A stretch of DNA of 63,516 nt, filler included, from Globobulimina sp. (lineage: Eukaryota), in assembly GCA_003354225.1 (NCBI GenBank). It is 43 parts of 43 records of this genome, joined end to end, with 100 filler letters (N's around TTAATTAATTAA, not from the genome) between each part and the next. Parts side by side here need not be neighbours in the genome. Positions count along the whole stretch, not along the records: positions 35,522 to 36,900 come from PIVH01017636.1; positions 37,001 to 38,379 come from PIVH01017637.1; positions 38,480 to 39,858 come from PIVH01017638.1; positions 39,959 to 41,337 come from PIVH01017639.1; positions 41,438 to 42,816 come from PIVH01017640.1; positions 42,917 to 44,295 come from PIVH01017641.1; positions 44,396 to 45,774 come from PIVH01017642.1; positions 45,875 to 47,253 come from PIVH01017643.1; 35 more parts are not named here. The stretch is one strand, 5' to 3'. Positions 35,948-48,230 of the stretch are shown one piece after another. The translations under genes were made by a program, and so were the position numbers. The notes under the pieces are model-generated. The model was not told the origin of the DNA. It saw nothing but the letters and a program-made list of their open reading frames with translations, and ran no database searches. How positions within the stretch are numbered: position 1 is the stretch's first letter; each line of letters opens with the position of its first letter.

Positions 35948-36049
35948 TGTGCTTGATATATTATATTCAGAGTCGCCATTTGCAAAGGCCATTAATTCGA
36001 GATTGTAATCTGTTAAAGTTTTTTTTTCAAGTCGATAATGACTTGAAAC

Positions 36050-36900
36050 ATGGTATCGTTTGTATTTTATCTAGTTTTTATTGTTTTAATTAACGGTGAG
36101 TATGAATTATATGTAACATCGTATGGAACTTTAAACGAATATTGCACCATTGCGAACCCATGCGGATCATTAGCGATCGCATTGCGTAATATTGAAAATG
36201 ACAATTTCATCAATCAACACATTACCATCCATGTAAATGGTCATTATGATGCGCAATCATTTAATTCAACAATAGATTGTCATTCACAAATACATGGCAA
36301 TATTACCATACTATTTGATAGCAATCATATCAAATCAACACAAGATTGGTTTCCATTTCTAAACCAATGTTACAATCTAAATACACACCGCGCATTATAT
36401 CAACTCTACGGTGAAGGATCCTCGTTAGATTTCCATAATTTAGTTTATCAAAACAACTCGGCGCTATTCATTCAAACTAGCGGTATATATGAAGCTATTG
36501 CAGCGATTAATTGTTATCATTGCATATTTGCAAATTTATATATCGCCCAAAATGACACAAATAATTTTATAACATTGCATCATAGCTCCCGTTTTATCCA
36601 CTGTTCATTCCAAAATATCACAATAAAAGCAACAAATGATGAAGATTCTGTTGCGTTCATTGCTGTTTCTGGTTTGTTTGGTTTTTTCCGTTTTTTCTAA
36701 TTATTGCAATAATTCACTTTGTATTTGTATGTTGAATTAATATTTAGTTCATGTTGACGATTATATGCTTATTATGGATAACTGTACGTTACACAACGTG
36801 GTAACACTTGGCTCGAATACATATTTTATCTCAATACAGCCACATATTATGCACTATATCAGCATCGATATAGGCAATATATTATACATGCCAAATGATT
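36050..36900 (+). CDS. Secreted protein, probable right-handed beta-helix / pectin-lyase-like, partial
   Basis: Signal peptide; LYVTSYG...CTIANPCGSL; C.F.N repeats; intron ~36671-36747. Confidence 0.6.
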
Positions 36901-37235
36901 NNNNNNNNNNNNNNNNNNNNNNNNNNNNNNNNNNNNNNNNNNNNTTAATTAATTAANNNNNNNNNNNNNNNNNNNNNNNNNNNNNNNNNNNNNNNNNNNN
37001 CCAACCAAAATTAAACCTCAAAAGGGTAGAATATGTGCTGAATTTTAATAAATTTATTTCTATTTATTGTTTTGGTCTAATATTTGCATGTTTTAAGTAT
37101 CAAATAATTTTGTTTTTTGTAGTTGATTGCCGTTGTTTACCGGCAACAATCTGAACAACGCTTGCAAGAACATTTTTCATGTTCCAGGATGCGTCGTTTT
37201 TGCAGTTTGAACGAACTGAGAAAAAACTTTACCTG

Positions 37236-37895
37236 ATGTCGCAGCAAACACAAGTCAAATATCTATTATATGGTGCTAACAAGTATGCATATGTTTCATT
37301 AGACTTATTGTCATTAATTTGCTGTGAAATGATTTATAACAGTGTTGGGAAAACATGCATTCTCAGAAAGTTTGCAGGAGAACCGTTTCCCTCAGAATAT
37401 AAGTTAACAGTTGATGAAGAATATAAATGTCGGACATTGCAAATTGAGGAAGGTTTAATTACAATCAACATTTATGAGAATGCCAACAAAGATACGGATG
37501 CCAATGGATGGATATTTGTGTATGATGTATCAAATAAAGAATCCTTTGATAGTTTGAAAAAACTCATTGCCAATAAATTAACAAATAACAATTTACAAAG
37601 TATTATGGTTTTAGCAAATAAGAATGATTCAAAAGACAGAGTTGTTTCATTTGATGATGGCCAGGAATATTGTAATCAAAATAATATCAAATTATTTTAT
37701 GAGATATCCGCTAAAAATGACACTGGAATGTTATCACAAGCGATAATGAGGTTAACTGCAAAAGTAATCAACAAACAATTAAAACAAATTGAAAACCAAA
37801 ACAATGATAAACAACGAAGTATGTTGACAATAAATAACACATTGATTATATGTGGTTTCGTGTGTGTTTTGTTCGGAGTGTATTATTGGCGCTAA
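37236..37895 (+). CDS. Divergent Ras/Rab-like small GTPase with C-terminal TM tail
   Basis: After splicing 37283-37342: GANNVGKT; FVYDVS, ANKND, EISAK; hydrophobic C-terminus. Confidence 0.82.
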   Translation: MSQQTQVKYLLYGANKYAYVSLDLLSLICCEMIYNSVGKTCILRKFAGEPFPSEYKLTVDEEYKCRTLQIEEGLITINIYENANKDTDANGWIFVYDVSNKESFDSLKKLIANKLTNNNLQSIMVLANKNDSKDRVVSFDDGQEYCNQNNIKLFYEISAKNDTGMLSQAIMRLTAKVINKQLKQIENQNNDKQRSMLTINNTLIICGFVCVLFGVYYWR

Positions 37896-38970
37896 TATTT
37901 ACGATAAAAACAGTAAACAGCAAAGTTAAAGTTGATGTTGCGCAGTATACGCCATACAGTTTTTTTTTAAAGTTTTTTCACTAGTTTTCTTTCCTTTGAT
38001 TGTTTCGTTTCTTCACAGAATTCACAGAATTTGTCAAGGATCGGAATAATAATTCATAAAATAAAATGACTACGTTATATGTACATCCCGCAGAGACTTC
38101 ATCAGAACAATATTACGAAAGTACAATATACATATATTTCTGTTCTGTGTTATTGAAATAAATAATAAAAAAAACAAAGCAAATGAACGAGAGCAGGAAA
38201 GAAGCAGTGATCATCATTCTCATTATCGATCGCCACGGCATTTAAATCAAAACCAACATCAACATCAACAGCAATCCAATTATCATCAGTTTACTATGTC
38301 ACCAAACTCTTTATCTTCTGTACAATCAATGCAATCCTCATCGATACCGCCGCCAACATTATTTTTTCCGGTTGATGACNNNNNNNNNNNNNNNNNNNNN
38401 NNNNNNNNNNNNNNNNNNNNNNNTTAATTAATTAANNNNNNNNNNNNNNNNNNNNNNNNNNNNNNNNNNNNNNNNNNNNAGAATCAAGATATTGGAAGTT
38501 GTTAAAGAAATATAACTTAATAAATTATCTATATCATATTATCAATTTTGTTGTGTGAATTTGTTGTTAAACTGTATGTTATGTGATATAGATATACAAT
38601 TTTGTTGTGTGCAAGTTAAACAAGTTAAATTTTAAATAAAACCAAATTAATTTTCCTTTGATGAATTTAATAATGTTTGCTGAACCACGACGATTGAGTG
38701 TAATTTAAATTCCATTGAATAACCACCACTTTGTATCCATTCTTTGCAAACCCATGCAAGACAAAGTTATAACAAACCCAACACAAAGCTATAGCAATAT
38801 ATCGTTGAAAGGTTTCTGTCCTTTGACGGATCGAGTTGAAATGTGATCGAAGTGCACCATTTATCAAACATATATATATGGGTAAACTAATGCAAACTGT
38901 TATTAAAGTAAAAACGAGGAAGAAGTCTGTGAACCCTGATGAGTTAATTCTGAATACTATCGATATCATA

Positions 38971-39858
38971 TCACCAAACCCGAGTCCAATTGTATCTATC
39001 CTCTCTAAAACAATGCTGATCAATGTCTAATTGCTTTCCATTTCGATCAAAGTTTATGCAATGTCTATCATCATCGATTGAAATTGAATTATTCTCAAAG
39101 TAGTGTCGAGCATCAAATATCTCACAGTGAATACTGCTCGAAACCACCCAAATACCGTGGATCCAATTTGATCGATGATGTAAAATATAATGTTTAGCGT
39201 GCATTTGTAATGCGAAACTGGTCAACATCGATAGAAATAAATTATAAAAAGATAAATCATGTTTGAATTTCTGTTTCATTACAATGGGGTTCCCAGAATT
39301 TGGCAATATGTCAAAATCATTAAAGACCCATTTAATATCAGATGTGTCCGTATCCCTCATCACCAGTTTATATTTCATGATAATATGCAAATCCTCAGAT
39401 GTCACTATTACAGTATCAATGGCATCGAATTTATTTCTTAATTGGTGGATTGCCTTCATATGATCTTTAATGCTGTTACAGTGCATTTCGCCTTTCACAG
39501 TATTTGGTTTAATGCATTTATCCGAAGCTCTGACTGGCATTGCAATGGTTTGCTGCGACGAGGTCCAGTTGTATGTCTTCAACGCATTTGACACAATTCC
39601 ATTCACTTTGGATTTAATATTGCTTTGCAATCGGAATAAAAACGAAAATATCAATGCATTAAACTCATCGTAATTTATATCACCGTAATTATTATTTTGT
39701 ATCACTGTTTCGGTCAACTCTCTGTTCATTGATGTTTGCTCAGAAAATATTTGACATGGCCCTCTCAATTCTTTTGAGTAATAAATGACTTTGTACTTTC
39801 TGCTAAATTCAATAAACTTTGATAACGTATTGATGCTGTAATTATATGTCGCTTTGAA
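38971..39858 (-). CDS. GT23/FUT8-like fucosyltransferase-fold protein, C-terminal part
   Basis: SFLFRL, IAMPVRASDKC, VIVTSED, SNW. Confidence 0.6.
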   Translation of the reverse strand, partial: FKATYNYSINTLSKFIEFSRKYKVIYYSKELRGPCQIFSEQTSMNRELTETVIQNNNYGDINYDEFNALIFSFLFRLQSNIKSKVNGIVSNALKTYNWTSSQQTIAMPVRASDKCIKPNTVKGEMHCNSIKDHMKAIHQLRNKFDAIDTVIVTSEDLHIIMKYKLVMRDTDTSDIKWVFNDFDILPNSGNPIVMKQKFKHDLSFYNLFLSMLTSFALQMHAKHYILHHRSNWIHGIWVVSSSIHCEIFDARHYFENNSISIDDDRHCINFDRNGKQLDIDQHCFREDRYNWTRVW

Positions 39859-40192
39859 NNNNNNNNNNNNNNNNNNNNNNNNNNNNNNNNNNNNNNNNNN
39901 NNTTAATTAATTAANNNNNNNNNNNNNNNNNNNNNNNNNNNNNNNNNNNNNNNNNNNNAATAGAATTCAGTGTTTTGTGGAACTAAAGGGACAAAACAAT
40001 AGTTCTATAGACAAACGGAGTCACGAGCAAAGCAACACGTTTCTGAGAACTAAGCGTTTCTCAGATAATCATAATCCATGATTCATAATAGAATTGCATG
40101 ACGTATTATGATCACACAAATTCACATCCTTTTACCTTCACAATCTTACAATTTTTTAGATACAGACAAAGCGCTTTCGCAGAGTAAATACA

Positions 40193-40870
40193 ATGAAAAG
40201 AAAAGTAAGACCATTCAGGAAAAGAAGGTTTTGCGAGATTGAAAGAACAGACTTGTTTAAAAAACTCGAAGTCAACAAAAACAATAAGACCTTCCGTCGA
40301 ACAAAAAAGACAAAAAAGCAAACATCGAGATTTGCTGATTTCGAACAAATAACAAAAGAGGTAAATAGAATTAAAATGAATGATACAGACAACGATAAGC
40401 ACGACAAAGACGAATCGTACGCCCTCGCAAATGAAGCAATTAATGATCGAAATCAAATGATGAAAAATGCGATATTGAAAAGGCGAGAAAAATGTTTATT
40501 ACGTTTAGGTTGCAAAGATGATAATGATTTGCATGAATTAGCCGAAAAAGAAGAAGAGAAATTGAAAAATGCGAGCGATGATTTAAAAACCATTGCAAAA
40601 CGAAATAAAATGAAAAAGATGGAGGAAGAATTGGATTACGACCAATTAATCACAAAATTGGCACAAGATAATGACACAAAAGGTTTAGTATATGCCTGTG
40701 CTAAACACGCCGATAAAAAGGCAAAAGAAGCAATGGAAGAGATACGAGAATGCGATGCAATGTACCGAGATATTAATAAAGTGAACGAAGCGCATACGGC
40801 GTTACGGAAGAATTTAGAGAATGAATCATTAAAAGCAGCGCAAGCGAATGAGAAAAAGAACAAAGTATGA
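40193..40870 (+). CDS. Charged coiled-coil hypothetical protein
   Basis: Complete 225-aa intronless ORF. Confidence 0.5.
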   Translation: MKRKVRPFRKRRFCEIERTDLFKKLEVNKNNKTFRRTKKTKKQTSRFADFEQITKEVNRIKMNDTDNDKHDKDESYALANEAINDRNQMMKNAILKRREKCLLRLGCKDDNDLHELAEKEEEKLKNASDDLKTIAKRNKMKKMEEELDYDQLITKLAQDNDTKGLVYACAKHADKKAKEAMEEIRECDAMYRDINKVNEAHTALRKNLENESLKAAQANEKKNKV

Positions 40871-41723
40871 TTCTACATTTTATAGTTCGTCAGAAACGTT
40901 TCTGACACAAAAAACTTGCACTTGGCAGCTACTTAAGTTTTTTTTCAACTTTTGTCTGTGCGAAATTCCGCAAATTGTCTATTTTGATACGTCAGAGAGA
41001 CGGATTTAGACAATTATAACAAAAAATGTCTGATCAAACGGAATTTCAGGAAAAATGTAACAGAAAAATCTGGAATTTTCACCAGATTTTACTGAGGATG
41101 GATCAGTAGCAATTGAGGCAGATATAAGCCGAATGTATGAATTATTATACATAGTTCGATGGGGCTGAGATGAAAGAGATCGTTGGCTACGCAACAAAGG
41201 TTGCAATGGAGGCGCAAAAGGGAGCGCATATTCAGAGAAGAGAAACAATGCCAATTGACGGCATAAGAGAGGATTTTGAGCAATTGCAAGAAAAGAATAT
41301 TACAAAGTTGCTTGAAGCCCACAAAGAAAAGATTTTGNNNNNNNNNNNNNNNNNNNNNNNNNNNNNNNNNNNNNNNNNNNNTTAATTAATTAANNNNNNN
41401 NNNNNNNNNNNNNNNNNNNNNNNNNNNNNNNNNNNNNATTACGTAAATCATGGCTTGGTTTTCAATGTGGACTCCTTGAAAATCGTGGTGGAGCAAACCA
41501 AGGATCGCATACTGCCTCCACCGCGCAGAGACCACACTTTATGCAAAATGGGTGCCTGCTTATTGTTATTTGGTGCTTGCTTATCCATATTTTTTTATGA
41601 TAAGTATAAATAAATGAATGCATTGCATCGACACATGTAAAGCCTGAAAGATAATTTTATAAAAAAAAATAATAATATAAAATTAATTAATTATGGTTAA
41701 ATGGTACACATTTTGCTAATATA

Positions 41724-42281
41724 TTACAAATTAATATGTGGGAACACATCTGCTTTTACACGTTTTTCGTTTTCTAAATCAATTCCTAGGAATTCTCCAA
41801 TATCATTCCATATAAGCTCATGATCATTATTCTGAAATAAATCTACAATCAATAAATTATCCGATATTTCATTCTCATGAAAATAATCAATTACTTTAGT
41901 TTGATATGACAATGGATCAGTTTTTAAATTAATTTTATGATTTAACTTCGTTTCTATTTTATTTACTGATTTTTTCCATGAATCTGGACACGATCTATGA
42001 GTTAAAATAAATTTTGTGTCAGTACATTCGTTTAATTTGTTACCTACAAATTGTTCAATATTTTTGTAAGCATCATTTTCAACAAAAAACCTATAATTTA
42101 TCATATTGTTTTCGTAATTATGCTGACACGCATTCCATTGTTGTTTTTTGTCATGTAATACACAATAATTTGAACCATTTATACCTAGTTTATTTAATGC
42201 AAATGCTAAGGAATTTGTGCCTGTCCGTGGTAATCCTATCCCATAAATATTTACGTTTTTTGTCCCAAATCGTCTTAGCAT
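41724..42281 (-). CDS. Small P-loop sulfotransferase-family protein
   Basis: IGLPRTGTNSL, KFILTHR..DSWKKS, FPHIN. Confidence 0.85.
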   Translation of the reverse strand: MLRRFGTKNVNIYGIGLPRTGTNSLAFALNKLGINGSNYCVLHDKKQQWNACQHNYENNMINYRFFVENDAYKNIEQFVGNKLNECTDTKFILTHRSCPDSWKKSVNKIETKLNHKINLKTDPLSYQTKVIDYFHENEISDNLLIVDLFQNNDHELIWNDIGEFLGIDLENEKRVKADVFPHINL

Positions 42282-42369
42282 TTTGAGTGGATTTGGAAAA
42301 CAATTATGAGAATTTAATCTGAGAGTACCGTACCTAGTTGACTATTTAACTTTTCCCAGGTTGAGATAT

Positions 42370-42428
42370 AATTATAGATCATAATCGAGAATTAATAGAT
42401 CATAATCGCGAATTATAGATCGTAATCG
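42370..42428. repeat. Tandem repeat, ~20-bp unit x3
   Basis: AATTATAGATC(A/G)TAATCG repeated. Confidence 0.8.
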
Positions 42429-42525
42429 TGTCATGCAGCGGTGAATTTTTTTTGAGTTAATTAAGTATTTTTTCAAAATTTAGATAACTGTTCATTTAAA
42501 TTAATAATTATAATAGTGTGTTCTC

Positions 42526-42753
42526 ATTAGACTCCTGCCAACTAACTTTTTTTTTCGACACATAACTTAAAACTTCGATTACATATGGCACTTACGCTTT
42601 AGTTTGCCAACTTTAAATCGGTTTCCCATCACCCATTAATGAATTTAACCCAATTTAGTATTAAATTCATATGAAACCGATTTAAAGCAATCTAAAAATC
42701 GCATCTCCAGATTTACTTTTTCAAAAATGGAAAATGCTACAAATAAGAAAAAT
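42526..42753 (+). repeat. Dispersed repeat, copy 2
   Basis: Matches the reverse complement of 8885-9120. Confidence 0.85.
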
Positions 42754-42816
42754 GGACACCTAGCTCAATTGGCAGAGCATTGGTTTGAATGGAAAGCAAA
42801 CCAAATGGATGTAGGT
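42754..42816 (+). tRNA. tRNA-like gene (Phe GAA-like, with an insertion in the anticodon loop), truncated by the contig end
   Basis: GGACACC TA GCTC AATTGGCA GAGC A TTGGT TTGAA[tggaaagc]AA ACCAA ... GTAGGT. Confidence 0.55.
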
Positions 42817-42916
42817 NNNNNNNNNNNNNNNNNNNNNNNNNNNNNNNNNNNNNNNNNNNNTTAATTAATTAANNNNNNNNNNNNNNNNNNNNNNNNNNNN
42901 NNNNNNNNNNNNNNNN

Positions 42917-43600
42917 CTTCCTCCATCATTGGTAAATAAGGATAAGAATAATGTCTCAGTGAATGCGTCCTATCATGCATCGGTTGAATTTATTCAACGT
43001 TCAGGACTCGTCTGCAAACTGCCAATGAAAACCATCAACACCGCAATTATGATATTTTTACGATATTTTGCATCGTGTAATATTTGCATAGCGGATGAAA
43101 ATTCAGAATATTCAATAAATGACATCTGTCGTTGTGCGTTATTCTCCGCATCAAAAATTGAGGAAACGCCATGTCGTTTGCGGGATATTATGAATGCAAC
43201 CTTTAAAATAACATTCCCTGAGCAACCATTACCAAATCCAAACACTACCGATTGGCACAAATGGAAAGACAATTTGATTAAGTTAGAATCCATAATATTA
43301 AACGAAATCAATTTCGAATTCAATGCCGTCCATCCACACCAATTCGTATTGCATCAATGCAATGAATTGAAAACCTCGATAAATATTGCTAAGTTAGCAT
43401 GGTCGGTCTGCAATGATTGTATGTATAACAGAAATATTATGTTATCATATAAACCACATCAGATATCTGCATCCGCCATTTACATTGCTGCGGAATTCTT
43501 GTCGCATACTAAAATAATGGACAACGAAGACTCTGCAAATACCAATAATAATAATAATATCAATTATGTGGATGGCTATGATGGGCTGGATTTGTGGACT
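42917..43600 (+). CDS. Transcriptional cyclin (cyclin K/L/Q-like), partial
   Basis: ALFSASKIEETPCRLRDI, LESIILNEINFEF..HPH, AW..CND, PHQISASAIY. Confidence 0.85.
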
Positions 43601-45874
43601 GCGAACCGCTATATACGACGTATAAAAAGAGGGCCAACGGAGTCAGCAAACATTGCATTGATTATATATTTTGTGAGGTCCTCTCCTAGCTCATATTTTT
43701 TGTGATGATAGCTCAATGAGAGCATCTTGTTAAATTCAAGAAGATTTGGGTCCAAATCCCAATCATCACATTTTTATATTTTGTTCCTATCTTATTCCAA
43801 TCCAATCCAATCTGACACATATTTTGGTTGGTTCACTCTTGTTATCTTCTTCAATTTTTTATGCGAGCGAAGCGAGCCAGGCACGAGCACGGAGTGCGAG
43901 TGTCCGTCAGATGACAAAAACGAGTCTTTTTATCAACAAGTTCTAATAAAGTAACTAAAAGTTTTTTATAAATACAGTTTACTTTAGAGTGCTTTGGGGG
44001 GTCTATTTAGAGTGCTTTTCTGACGACATTATGAATGTCAAGAGCGACAACAGGAGAGTGATTTGCCCAGAACTGGCTGAGAATCAAAATGACTTTTTCG
44101 TTCGTTCGTTTTTTTTTGTTCTTTGTTTTTTTTAAAATGGATCCAATTTAAAAGCTCCAACAAATACAAATTGTTTTATTCATTATAAATACTCCATGCT
44201 CGACCTTCCCATGGATTAACGGGTTGTAATAATACAATTCTTTCCAAAACAAAAACTTTTTACCTCTTCTCTCTCAAATGTTTAATTTCAGTCACNNNNN
44301 NNNNNNNNNNNNNNNNNNNNNNNNNNNNNNNNNNNNNNNTTAATTAATTAANNNNNNNNNNNNNNNNNNNNNNNNNNNNNNNNNNNNNNNNNNNNTAAAT
44401 ATCTTTCTTCATCATCAGGAGTTTTTAGGGGGTTGTTTCAAAGACTTGTGATTAAGAATATTTCCTATAGAAATGATCCTGTACAAGTATTTCCTTAAAG
44501 AATAATATTTTATCTGCAGCTAACTTCACTTTCATCCATTACATTCCCATCAAATATCTATAAATTGCGAGCAAATCCATTCCATTTATGGTACATATTG
44601 CACATCCAATTTACATCGATCCAATTAATAGCACAACTAGTACTCATATGCAATATACAATGTGTTTCAGTGTTGAGTGTGTCATGACTGCCATGCTCAC
44701 ATCAATTTAATGTTTGACTGTTTTGTTTTTGAGTAAAAAATAAATGATTAGACACACAAATTTACACGGATTGGCTATTTATAATTAATTTTATAATATG
44801 GAATATGGATAAATGTCGGATAATGTCGGATCATGTCCGTCTATGGATCTGCAAGTTGTTGATGCAAAAAAAATAAAATGAATTTTGTGTTGACTCAGAT
44901 AGGATTTAAACCTATATCTATGTGGATTACACCAACAAGATTTGATTCTGTATTATATTTAAGATATTGGTAAACAAATAGTTTTAGCTTTTTGTTAATT
45001 GCAAATCATTAAGAAGAGGTTGGCTACGTTGGGGGGACACAGCCGAAGCTGCAGACACACGCTCTATCAAATATTATATTATATTATATTATATTGAGCT
45101 ACTGAGTCTTGTATCTATTTATTTCATTTCTATTGCTTGTCCATCACAGAATTATTGATAAGCTATATATGTTGCTATTGGATGGCACACAAATATTTAT
45201 GGTGTGCTACATTCTCAGATGGATTGCATTCGGATATATATATTTTAAATCAAATCAAAGCAAATCAAAGCAAAATATGTATTGTTCATTGTCCATTGTC
45301 CATTATTTGATGCATCGAGTTAGAGAGTCAGTGTTTGATTGTGTTGATTGTCGCAATTATAATGAGAATGAGATTACATTGCTCAAACAATTCTGATCGA
45401 TATCGATATTAATTAAATATTTGATTTGATTCATTATAAAAATGTATTCTAAATTGCATATGATATCGATCTGAATAATTCTGATTGGTATTAAAATGAT
45501 TGTTATTGTTTACTATGAATGCGTACGTTGGGTAACAACAATAAAATCATCGATATTAAAAGGAATTATATGTTTAAGTGGCTCCATTGTTCATTGTTAA
45601 ATACAGTATCGATCGACTCGCAAACTTTGCAATTGAGTTGCCATGCTGTACTGACTGATGCATGATGTTTTCTTGTGACTGACTGCATTTTGTTCAACAT
45701 TTTTAATTTAAACAAAATGAATTAAACCATAAGCATTTTGCAGTAAATTGAATCATGTATAAATATACGGCAATNNNNNNNNNNNNNNNNNNNNNNNNNN
45801 NNNNNNNNNNNNNNNNNNTTAATTAATTAANNNNNNNNNNNNNNNNNNNNNNNNNNNNNNNNNNNNNNNNNNNN

Positions 45875-47253
45875 TCCGCAAAACGACATCCAAGCACAGT
45901 CGCGCTGCCACAGAATCGGACAGAATAAAAAGGTATAAACTGCATATATATAATATTGTAATTTGATATGCGTAGTGTCACATTTTTGCAGGTGACCGTG
46001 TACCGATTGATCGCGAGGGATACGTACGAAGTGTATTTGTTTGAGAAGGCGGTGAAAAAGCTGTTGTTGGACGATCTAATAATGGCCGCGAGCACGGTGG
46101 GTGACGGCGACATGGATGCTGATGACAATAAGCACGAATTGGAGGATATTTTAAAAAAAGCAGCGTCGCGATATTGCAACCCGTTGTATGATAAGGAGAA
46201 TGAGGAGAAAATGCAGAAATTCTATCAAGACGACATCGAGACGATATTGCACGAAAACACAGTGAAGGTCGACGACATTGAGGCGAATCAAAGCATATTG
46301 CACCATAACCACAGTGCGCTGAGTAAGGCGATGTTTGTGCCGAATAAGAAAGATGGCCACGGCGACCACATTGAGATTAAGATCGACGATCCGGATTTTT
46401 GGAGCAAGTTAGGCTTCGAACGAGAGAAACAAGCACAGAACGAGGCGTATCAATCGGTGGTTGTCTCCAAGAGCCATGCGGATGGAAACGAGGTCGGATT
46501 AAGTAAGCGGCGACGGAAAAGAACCTCGAAGTTTAACCAGAATATCTGGGAAGATTTGGGTTCGGATTTTGAAGATTTCACCGATTCCGATGCCGAGAAT
46601 AAGAAGAATAAAAACGGCAATAAGTCCGACAGTGATTACGACGGAGAGGAAGATGCCAAGAATCAACGCAGCGAAGATGACGACGATGAGACCGAATCGG
46701 ATCACGTGATGATGGCGAACCATGTGACGCATTCGAATGTGAATAACAATATAATATACACACCGAATCCGTCGTATTTAGGCAAAACTGGGCCTGCCAC
46801 CACGCAGATGCAGATCCATACACTTACTCAGATGGCAAATTCCGGCAACAACAGCACGAGCATCGAGATTATAAACATCGTCGACGACGACGACGATGTA
46901 CAGATCGTGCACAACGACGACGAGAAAGAGCGGAAAAGGAAGAAGAAAAAGAAAAAACATAAGAAAAAAAGACACAAAAAGAAGCATAAGGATAAGGGCA
47001 AAAAGGCGAAGGGGAATAGCAAGAATAAGGAGGTGATCGATGTGAATGGCGATAGCTTCAATCCATTGTCAGACAGCTTCAATGCGGTGGATTACTTAAA
47101 GCATCGCACGCCGTTATATCAGGTGAACACCATCAACATCGACAATATCTATGAACGCAAAGGCGAGCTCAGCACCGCGCACTTTGTAGTGGGCGATTGG
47201 AAGTTCCGTGTCTTAGTCTATCCGTTCCGCATCGACAACCCTTCGTATTCGCT
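45875..47253 (+). CDS. SNF2/CHD-family helicase C-terminal region followed by a MATH-like domain
   Basis: PQNDIQAQSRCHRIGQNKK | intron 45933-45991 | VTVYRLI, DDIETIL, DDPDFW; terminal STAHFVVGDWKFRVLVYP. Confidence 0.85.
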
Positions 47254-47353
47254 NNNNNNNNNNNNNNNNNNNNNNNNNNNNNNNNNNNNNNNNNNNNTTA
47301 ATTAATTAANNNNNNNNNNNNNNNNNNNNNNNNNNNNNNNNNNNNNNNNNNNN

Positions 47354-47958
47354 ATTGGCGGTGGTCAATGGGGGATTGCTGTGGAACCCGTCCATATGAT
47401 AGCAGTTACGACAATAACTGGCGGCGATGGGAGTTATAGATATAAAATGGCGGACGTAACAACATTATGCGGCGCGACTGGAAGTGCGCATTTGAACACC
47501 GGATACACAGTGTGGCAAATTTATAATCCGTATGGGAATGTTGGCGATGGCAATTGTACGGATTCAAAGTATGATGGATATGTTGACATTGCTGTGGAGC
47601 ATTCGTGTGAAAGAGATGTAAATGGTGATAGGATGAAGAATGCGTCAGAAACTGCATCAGATAATGTTCATAAACCGCCCATTGATGCGGAGAGATATGC
47701 GAATCGAGCAAGTAATGCGGGACTATTTGTTGGACCAGTTACGATTTCCGGAAATATGGTATTTATTCCTTCGTATTCTGGAGTCCAGAATCTGGACATG
47801 TATTTATTCATAGTCTATTGACTGGAATACATATTCATACTTTGTCCTGTCCTCAACAATATGATGTGATAAAAGGTGGAGTGTCTATTGTTGAAGATCG
47901 TGTTCTTTTTTATTGTGGAACTGGCAATGTCATATCTATGGAGCTATCTGCTGTGTAA
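47354..47958 (+). pseudogene. PQQ-type beta-propeller protein C-terminus with a frameshifting 14-nt insertion
   Basis: GGGQWGIA, LNTGYTVWQ, GPVTISGNMVFIPSYSG; the frame resumes as HVFIHSLLTG...GGVSIVEDRVLF after 47796. Confidence 0.6.
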
Positions 47959-48230
47959 AGATTCTTGTTGACTGTAAACGTATTGTTTTGATTTATAATT
48001 TAAATTAATAATAAATAATAGTATACACATCCGATCGGAATAACAAGAATCTTGCAATTATAGCAGCCAAAACTTTTAGCATATACAAAAAATGGCAGGC
48101 ACCACTAGAAATAGCTGAGCCACCACCATTCCACATTTCATATTGTTTAATATATATCCTGTACTGCATGAAACTGCTCTTAGGCTCCAATTTGTGGTCT
48201 GTATATGATTGCAACCAACCACAGCCGACA

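Noticed and set aside
44890-44950. tRNA 3' half on the minus strand (GGTTTAAATCC T-loop-like)
   Set aside because: No convincing D-arm or acceptor pairing; at most a decayed remnant.
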